Below the pieces are notes generated by a model, which was given only the letters and a program-made list of their open reading frames with translations, ran no database searches and was not told the origin of the DNA. A DNA stretch of 32,000 nt, taken from positions 1-32,000 of the forward strand of contig NC_017457.1 in the NCBI RefSeq assembly GCF_000237865.1, read 5' to 3'. This DNA comes from Haloquadratum walsbyi C23 (GTDB taxonomy: Archaea > Halobacteriota > Halobacteria > Halobacteriales > Haloferacaceae). Made by a program: the position numbers and the translations under genes. Below are positions 25,829 to 32,000 of this stretch, one piece after another (within the stretch, counting starts at the first letter, position 1; the number at the start of each line of letters is the position of its first letter).

Positions 25829-28207
25829 ATGACGGACCCAATGGAGAATTTATCGGGTATTATGAATGGCATCGATGTAAAAACCAACAAAGAATATCAC
25901 AAGGAAGCTAACGAGGCTGTTACAGAGACAAAAGAAGAAATAGAGAATTGGTTTACTGATCAACTGGTATCTGAACAAAAAGAAAGTGTTCGCATAGCTT
26001 ATAATCAAGCATTAGAACAGGACATTCTGGACTTTTGTGATAAAGAACCGATGGGTCTAGGTGAATATCCAGATGAAGTTAATAATATAAACCAGCGCTT
26101 ACTGGATATTCTTCGTAATCCAGAGGCACAATCACTCGCAGACAGGGTTGATAAATGGTTCATAAATGCTGACATTGATGTGCTTGATTCTAATGAGAGA
26201 AACAGTCTAATAGAGATATTTAAATCCGATATAGATGGGTGTAAAAACGAGATTGAGCAAATTATCCAGAGTCATAACAGTCTCCAAGATATGCTTCCAA
26301 TAAAAAATAGGCAAGTGAATCAGCTGCTCCGTAATGCAATCACTGAGTCATCGTCTATTAGTGATCTCCGCTCCATTAGGGAGCAATTAGAGATGATTGT
26401 GCCATTGTGGTCTTATCCATGGACAATTGACTCGCAGTATGAGGTGGCAACAGCGATCGAAACAGAAGTCAAGTTGATTCTCGAGGAGTACATTAAAGAA
26501 GTAGTCACTAGGTCAGACAACTTCCGGCAACTTACTACAGTCATTAATGAAAAGTTTAGTGAGGGATCTAAACATTTAGATGACATACGTAAGGGGTGGT
26601 CACGGGTCGAGAGAGAAATTAGGCAACTCAACGATCTTGAAGAGATTAATTCGATACCGGTTGCAATAGAAACTCGAGCACAGAGTGCGGCTGAAAACGC
26701 AAGTAGTATCCAATCGTTAGTCAATGAAATAAATGATTTAGAGAGTGATGTCTCAATTCTATATGACATGGCATCGGTTTCACTTGACCGATTTCATCCC
26801 ACTGCTGATGTCTCCTCTAGTTCGTTTATTAATACTGCAGAGTTAATTACAGAATATGAGTCAGCGCATGAAATTCGCAAGTCATCTCTTGCGGCGGAGA
26901 CCTCTTCAAAAATAACTCACATTAAACCTGAGTTCGATAAACATGTGACAAATGCTCGGGACATAATGGAACAGACCGAGAATAGTCTTCGGAGTAAAAT
27001 TAATTCTGTGCGGAAATTAGCACAGAATTTTGACTTGCGGGATGACTCAGACAAGCTGAGTGATATATTATCAGATTTAAGTAAAACTAATAAAATCGAT
27101 GATTATATTAATATCTCTAATCGTAGTGGGAGCTTATTCAAAAAAATACAAACGAAGATTAAAACTGAACGGCTCGCTGAGCTTGAGTTGGTAGTATTTG
27201 AATGGCTTACAGATCAATCAGACAATCCACACGAGATTGTAGACAATTTAGAGGCAATCAGGACAGTGCAGTCATACCCATGGAATCTTGATTCAAATCA
27301 GACCGGGATCAAGATGATTGAGGACTGTGTGAATGATATGATAGGAGACGTCCTAAAATCGCTTCTCGAACAACTTGAATCTCCAGATGAATTGGTCACC
27401 CTTATTGATGAGAAATTTGAATCCGTGGGTAAGTCACTCTCGCAACTGGAACAAATAGGAATAGTATGCAAAGTCGAAGCCTTGAGCGATACAGAGATAG
27501 TTGAGGACCCGCTCCGTCCAGCAAATCTAAGAATACGAAATGCACTGGATAATGCAGGTTCACTTCGAAATCTGATCAAGAGACTCGAGGATGTAGCCGA
27601 AAGTATCTGTATGTTAAATGACATTGCCTCTAGATCACTCGATAAGTTCATATCTCGCACCGATGAGGTACCGGATAATCTGGAAAGCGAAGTTCTTGAT
27701 TTGCATGATCAATATCAGAAAGCTATCGATATCCGAGAGGAAGTGTTTAATCTCGATGCTCCTGAACTGCCGACAGCTCATAATGAATTTGAGAATCACA
27801 TTGACAATGCGAAGAATATATTAGAAAAATTGCAAAAAAAAACCCGACAGAAAATTCGGTTATCTGAAGAATTAGCGAGGGAGTTTGAACTAAAAGGAGA
27901 ATTGAAACAATTAGATAGGATCTCCAAAAAATTCGTGAATGTAAGCACAGTCAAGGATACTATTCGGACATACTCAAAAGTAATCGATGTTTACGACCAA
28001 ATACAAGAGATAGTTCATGACACACTTTCATCAACACAGAAAGGTATCTTAGAATGGATTATACGAAGAGATGATGACGTAGTATTGAACTCTGACGTTC
28101 AGAGGGAGTTAGCCACAGAGTTCGGCTGTGAGGAAACGGAGATCGTGGACCACTTCCTCTCTCTCCAAGAGGACGGATTTTTAGACTTCATCGTTAAAAA
28201 ACCATAG
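25829..28207 (+). CDS. Large coiled-coil protein with an internal roughly 289-aa tandem duplication and a C-terminal wHTH-like domain, third gene of the operon
   Basis: It starts 3 nt after the upstream stop. Two modules each open with SYPW(T/N)(I/L)DS (nt 26411 and 27272) and share collinear motifs. The C-terminus reads QKGILEWIIRRDDDVVLNSDVQRELATEFGCEETEIVDHFLSLQEDGFLDF, which looks like a winged helix. Confidence 0.85.
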   Translation: MTDPMENLSGIMNGIDVKTNKEYHKEANEAVTETKEEIENWFTDQLVSEQKESVRIAYNQALEQDILDFCDKEPMGLGEYPDEVNNINQRLLDILRNPEAQSLADRVDKWFINADIDVLDSNERNSLIEIFKSDIDGCKNEIEQIIQSHNSLQDMLPIKNRQVNQLLRNAITESSSISDLRSIREQLEMIVPLWSYPWTIDSQYEVATAIETEVKLILEEYIKEVVTRSDNFRQLTTVINEKFSEGSKHLDDIRKGWSRVEREIRQLNDLEEINSIPVAIETRAQSAAENASSIQSLVNEINDLESDVSILYDMASVSLDRFHPTADVSSSSFINTAELITEYESAHEIRKSSLAAETSSKITHIKPEFDKHVTNARDIMEQTENSLRSKINSVRKLAQNFDLRDDSDKLSDILSDLSKTNKIDDYINISNRSGSLFKKIQTKIKTERLAELELVVFEWLTDQSDNPHEIVDNLEAIRTVQSYPWNLDSNQTGIKMIEDCVNDMIGDVLKSLLEQLESPDELVTLIDEKFESVGKSLSQLEQIGIVCKVEALSDTEIVEDPLRPANLRIRNALDNAGSLRNLIKRLEDVAESICMLNDIASRSLDKFISRTDEVPDNLESEVLDLHDQYQKAIDIREEVFNLDAPELPTAHNEFENHIDNAKNILEKLQKKTRQKIRLSEELAREFELKGELKQLDRISKKFVNVSTVKDTIRTYSKVIDVYDQIQEIVHDTLSSTQKGILEWIIRRDDDVVLNSDVQRELATEFGCEETEIVDHFLSLQEDGFLDFIVKKP

Positions 28208-28208
28208 C

Positions 28209-28619
28209 ATGGTTGAATACAACCACGATATGCTCGTCCGAAAACTGGATGAGAAATTGAGAGACAAATTTGAGACTGCAGAATTAATCGCCCGAAAGGG
28301 TGGATCTGAATTTAAATTAGGTAGATTACGAATTGAGCGACGACATTTCTCTGGTGAGTCTGGTGCTCCCGATTTCGTTCTTTTTGCGGATTCTCTCCAG
28401 CTTCTTAATAAACAATTTGCGGGTTCAGTGCCACTGGCTCTTCTGGAAATAGAAAAAACAATTGGAGATTCTATGCATGATCTTCGCAGTTATGCAGATT
28501 CAGATCGTGAGCAGTTACCGGTGCTGCTCATCACAGAATCGGAAATGGGTGATCGTATTAAGACGATCCCGGGAAAAAGCACATTTAGAATATTGACCAA
28601 AAATTATGATGAAATATGA
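28209..28619 (+). CDS. Small PD-(D/E)xK-like protein (putative nuclease), fourth gene of the operon
   Basis: It starts 1 nt after the upstream stop. APDFVLFAD (about 28364-28385) and, about 25 residues later, LALLEIEKT (about 28441-28461) resemble a restriction-endonuclease-fold core. The E-I-E-K spacing is not the canonical ExK. Confidence 0.7.
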   Translation: MVEYNHDMLVRKLDEKLRDKFETAELIARKGGSEFKLGRLRIERRHFSGESGAPDFVLFADSLQLLNKQFAGSVPLALLEIEKTIGDSMHDLRSYADSDREQLPVLLITESEMGDRIKTIPGKSTFRILTKNYDEI

Positions 28620-28803
28620 ATAAATTTTGAATTCAGCATTCATATTCATCTGAGAAGAGCGTACAAATATATGTGAGTCGATTTATAAACTGGAGCAATT
28701 GAGAGCGGAGGAAAGCGATATACAATTACGCAGACGAACTCACCCGTTGTTACTGCGTATCAGAGGAAACAATGCAGGTGAAATTCATTATCATCGACAT
28801 TGA

Positions 28804-29052
28804 CAGATAAAAAAGATCAATATCGATACCGAAGGAGAGCACATTGCCATTGATGATGATACAGGAGATGAGTCGATCAATCTTGACGCTGACAGCAAAG
28901 AGAGGCTCATTACAATCGATGCTGAATGCCGAAGCCCTGAGATATTACTCGAGGGAAAGATTGGAGCCGACCAGATTGTTGAGGTAACATTCCGTAAGGA
29001 GATACTCGGAAGTGGGTACTTTGCATCATACCCGGCACTGCCTTCTGAATAA
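28804..29052 (+). pseudogene. Start-less gene fragment carrying direct-repeat copy B (3' end homologous to the DarT-like gene)
   Basis: My own translation ends ...RLITIDAECRSPEILLEGKIGADQIVEVTFRKEILGSGYFASYPALPSE*. This frame has no ATG, GTG or TTG after the stop at 28801. A short ATG ORF (28772) in another frame abuts it. Confidence 0.6.
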
Positions 29053-29122
29053 ATCATCACTTGGAGGGGTCCGTAAAGTCAGAAGGATAGAATACCCCAC
29101 CCCCCGTGTGCGATATGAAATT
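28915..29122 (+). repeat. Direct repeat copy B (coding part plus about 70 bp of shared downstream sequence)
   Basis: 28915-29052 aligns with copy A. 28975-29122 aligns with copy C, including the post-stop stretch TCATCACTTGGAG.GGTCCG...CCCACCCCCCGTGTGCGATATGAAATT. Confidence 0.8.
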
Positions 29123-29550
29123 AAAAAGAGAGTGAAGTGTAATCGATGTTCAACCGCTTCTACTCTGAATTGTGAATTACTGTCACCGAGATATCGGTAG
29201 TAGAACTCATACTCCTGTCCGTTGGTGAGAATACCCAATCTGACATTCTCGTTCTGTAGATATGCAGTTAGTTGTTCCCGATGCGTGGAAGTGAGTGTAG
29301 TGTCAAGTCCTCTCGCTTCAACAAAAGCAACGGGGTCGCCCGCCGAGTATCAGAGCATAATCGAGTTTGAATGTTTTACCGAACGCCTTCACCGAGCACT
29401 CTAGTTCGGTGTTAGTCGGGATCTCCAGTCAAAAAGTTCGATAAAATCGTTTAGTATGGACGCCTTCGTGGTTGCTTCCCCCATCTGCGGTGAGTCTTCA
29501 ATATCAGACTGAGCCGAGTCCACGTGCTCTTTTATCGACGCGGAATCCAT
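29100..29550 (-). pseudogene. HsdR_N-like / PD-(D/E)xK restriction-endonuclease-fold gene, disrupted
   Basis: Minus-strand frames read MDSAS...ILNDFIELFDWRSRLTPN*, then ...KLDYALILGG, then (+1 shift in a G-run) GDPVAFVEARGLDTTL...QLTAYLQNENVRLGILTNGQEYEFYY. The D...E-A-(K/R)...Q...GI(L/V)TNG..W/Y.FY pattern is typical of the HsdR N-terminal nuclease-like domain. There is at least one in-frame stop and at least two frameshifts. Confidence 0.5.
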
Positions 29551-29678
29551 TATTACGAGATACATTTACTGCATGACTGTAAGAAGGTAAGGTACGGGAC
29601 GGGGTTAGAGTATCATACGATACTTTCCACACCTACACAGGACTCACTCATTACAGAGAACCCACTAATCGCTCGGCA

Positions 29679-29909
29679 CTAAGCAATCACAGACCACATT
29701 CCAGCGATAACTGCGATGAGAGTCAGCACTACCGTAGACCACACTATTCGGTCGTCAGGAATTGAATCAGACGAATTGGATGAGAGAACGGCTTCAGATA
29801 CTACACTGAATACCATCGCAATTCCGCTAATTGACAGGAGTATTGGAACGAGGGACACTTCCCCCGAAATTACACTATTCAGACCCTGAACCCGAGAATA
29901 CCGCCACAA
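29679..29909 (-). CDS. Small putative membrane protein (two hydrophobic helices)
   Basis: TTG-start 76-aa ORF with two TM-like stretches (LVPILLSISGIAMVFSVV and VVLTLIAVIAGMWSVIA). There is no other support. Confidence 0.3.
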   Translation of the reverse strand: MWRYSRVQGLNSVISGEVSLVPILLSISGIAMVFSVVSEAVLSSNSSDSIPDDRIVWSTVVLTLIAVIAGMWSVIA

Positions 29910-30220
29910 ACGGTAATCGAGCCGTTATAGAGGAGGGATTTGCCCATACTTACAGACTGGTCAGACCAGTATAAAGATCTTTTCTCCCCTCATAGTTAGT
30001 ATTCAATCCGCATACAGGGTCTCACGGCTGATCCGACTGAGAGATTGTGAAATAAATACTGTGATAACCCTCCTATGACGCCCTGAAATGTGGGATGGCA
30101 CATATTAGAGAGGGGTGTTCGTGGTCTCAAACTCTCTCAGTACTGCTGAATTACGGACTGCCTCTGAACAGAGAAACCGACGAGTCATACAGTAGCTCCT
30201 CCGAAGCTGCTAAAAGACAG

Positions 30221-30508
30221 TTAGAATGACTGTTGTTCTCTGGCGTTGTGAGTTGAACCTCGATCGTCGTAGTTTGCTCTCCCAACGCTCCCCTGTGGTG
30301 CAAGAGACATCAGGGTATGATATAGGTCATCACTCGACTCAAACGTGTCAGGTGGGTCATCAAGGAGATCAAGCATCTGATCAAGTGTCGTTTCAGAGCC
30401 GTCCTGAAATTCGATTGTCACATTTTCACACCTGTTTGCGATGTCGTCTATGCTGGCTGGGTACTCGCAATCGCACAACTCGGTCAGTGCTTCCTCAAGA
30501 TCTGCCAT
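30221..30508 (-). CDS. Small acidic protein, DUF2795/DUF5789-like
   Basis: LEEALTELCDCEYPASIDDIANRCENVTIEFQDGSETTLDQMLDLL...FESSDDLYHTLMSL matches my recollection of this family's pattern ('YP.t.deL....g...ie...g.etl.evl.....f.s.del'). Confidence 0.55.
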   Translation of the reverse strand: MADLEEALTELCDCEYPASIDDIANRCENVTIEFQDGSETTLDQMLDLLDDPPDTFESSDDLYHTLMSLAPQGSVGRANYDDRGSTHNAREQQSF

Positions 30509-30817
30509 ATACTATAGTTATGTATCTGACACACGTATGAATGTACCGATGTGCAGAATAACCCAGAATTACATCAGCATCTTGGTTTCTAAGAGATTAA
30601 AATCATACATAAATATAGTATTATCCAATATAATATGTCGTTCGACAATTAGTAGAGCATAGTATGCTCTGCTATCTGAGTAGGCATCAGATGAATCATG
30701 TGTGTCTTTGCTCTCTGCGTGAGACGGGGTAAAAAAACCACGACCCGACTCCAAGCGTTGCCAACTCAGAGAGAAACGGTGGAATCTTTAGATATACTGC
30801 ATCGTAACTGTCATACT

Positions 30818-30962
30818 GTTGAGGTAATACTCCGTAAGGAGATACTCGGGAGTGGATACTTTGCATCATACCCGGCACTACCTTCTGAGTAAGTCATCAC
30901 TTGGAGAGGTCCGCAGAGTCAAAAGTATAGGATATCCCACCCCCCGTGTGCGATATGAAATT
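30818..30962 (+). repeat. Direct repeat copy C (last roughly 24 codons of the DarT-like gene plus about 70 bp downstream)
   Basis: It encodes ...VEVILRKEILGSGYFASYPALPSE* and is followed by the same downstream stretch as copy B. The upstream part of track ORF 30698-30892 has no homology to the 190-aa gene. Confidence 0.75.
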
Positions 30963-30987
30963 GATGTCAGAGGTAGCGCTTCTCCTA

Positions 30988-32000
30988 TCAACTTCCCTCA
31001 AAAAAATTGTTTATTTGCGCATTGACCACAGATTTGATAAGATCTCCTTCGTGTTTAGCATCCTCAAGTCGAAAGTCAGTTTCGAGAGTCTCAACCACCA
31101 CTTCTGAGTCGTCAATAAACGTGTATTCCTTATGTACACCACTACCGAAACCACGTCCCCGTTTTTGTGACGTGACAAGATTATACGTCTCAGCCTCGTT
31201 CATGTATCTCAGATAAGATTCACGTGATTTTTCCTCAACATCTAAAATATCGACGAGAAACTGATACACTCGATAAGCAACTGTACTGGGAATAGCGTCC
31301 AAATTGCGCTGTGAGTAGACAGAAGAAACAGCAGTAGCGTAGAGTGAAAGCTTCTTTTGGGTCGATAGTCCCTGCATTTGGGTCAGTGTTCGATCCCGTC
31401 GAGCTTCTTTCTGGGCATGACGAACATGATTCTCATGAACCATATCCTCTGTTTCACGGTCGGCGATTTCTCCTGCCTTCCGGAATAAATCGATTGCTTT
31501 TCGGGCGTCACCATGATCCTGAGCGGCGAGAGCAGCGCTTAACGGGATGATTCCACCGTTAAGCACATCATCTTGGTATGCATCTTTACGACGTTTAAGA
31601 ATCGCTTGTAATTGATCTGCGTCGTAGTCGGAGAAGATGACGTCCTGTGGATTGAAAGAACTCTCCGCTCGTCCGTCAAGATTCTGCATGAATCGTGGAT
31701 CATTCGTAATTGCAGCGACGGATACGTGTCCTCCAATCCGACCAAGGTGTGATGCTCGAGATAATTGATAAAGCAGCTTCGAGTATGCCGGTTCATCATC
31801 TGGATTACGTCGTCGACCCAGCAAGAGGTCAATCTCGTCAAGAATGATGATGATTGAATCAAGGTTGTTGCTCAAGATCTCATAAAATCGATTTAGCTTC
31901 TGGTCAGTCGAGACACCACTCTCAGGGACACCAATATCGACACCAGCCTTCTGGGCAGCATTCTCTACGAGTCGGTAGATAGCCCGGTCATGAGAGCTGA
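30988..32000 (-). CDS. orc1: Orc1/Cdc6 replication initiator, 5'-partial (continues beyond the window)
   Basis: Walker B is IIIILDEIDLL, sensor-1 is AITND, and GDARKAIDLFRKAG is the sensor-2/lid helix. The C-terminus is a winged helix. The frame stays open upstream of the track's TTG (31875) to the window edge and reads ...SHDRAIYRLVENAAQKAGVDIGVPESGVSTDQKLNRFYEIL, which is typical of Orc1/Cdc6. Confidence 0.9.
   Translation of the reverse strand, partial: SSHDRAIYRLVENAAQKAGVDIGVPESGVSTDQKLNRFYEILSNNLDSIIIILDEIDLLLGRRRNPDDEPAYSKLLYQLSRASHLGRIGGHVSVAAITNDPRFMQNLDGRAESSFNPQDVIFSDYDADQLQAILKRRKDAYQDDVLNGGIIPLSAALAAQDHGDARKAIDLFRKAGEIADRETEDMVHENHVRHAQKEARRDRTLTQMQGLSTQKKLSLYATAVSSVYSQRNLDAIPSTVAYRVYQFLVDILDVEEKSRESYLRYMNEAETYNLVTSQKRGRGFGSGVHKEYTFIDDSEVVVETLETDFRLEDAKHEGDLIKSVVNAQINNFFEGS

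Overview
By eye the window has fairly low GC, and its predicted proteins are strongly acidic (D/E-rich). I read it as haloarchaeal accessory or plasmid-like DNA, possibly from a low-GC haloarchaeon such as Haloquadratum, but that is a guess and no searches were run. All family assignments come from motifs read in the ORF-track translations.

Replicon and mobility genes:
- A partial Orc1/Cdc6 gene at the right edge.
- A parA plus partner operon preceded by a 13-bp periodic iteron array.
- One intact tyrosine recombinase and one truncated one.
- A decayed copy of the parA-partner gene.
- Several winged-helix regulators.

Housekeeping-like cargo:
- A receiver-4xPAS-histidine kinase.
- A rhomboid protease.
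- Two paralogous lipoproteins.
- A 554-aa pentapeptide-repeat protein.

Conflict-type genes are dense:
- A CoiA-like nuclease.
- A 1233-aa Mrr-like nuclease + P-loop NTPase + helical-repeat protein with Avs/STAND-like architecture.
- A DarT-like ADP-ribosyltransferase-fold protein.
- A frameshifted HsdR_N-like nuclease pseudogene.

The best candidate for an undescribed system is a translationally coupled four-gene operon at 22401-28619. It encodes a P-loop ATPase, a 562-aa coiled-coil protein, a 792-aa internally duplicated coiled-coil protein with a C-terminal wHTH, and a 136-aa PD-(D/E)xK-like protein. The operon looks more AT-rich than its neighbours. It sits exactly between two direct copies of the 3' end of the DarT-like gene, and a third copy lies 1.8 kb further on. 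That arrangement suggests cassette insertion or exchange at this site.

I saw no rRNA, tRNA, CRISPR array or transposase.
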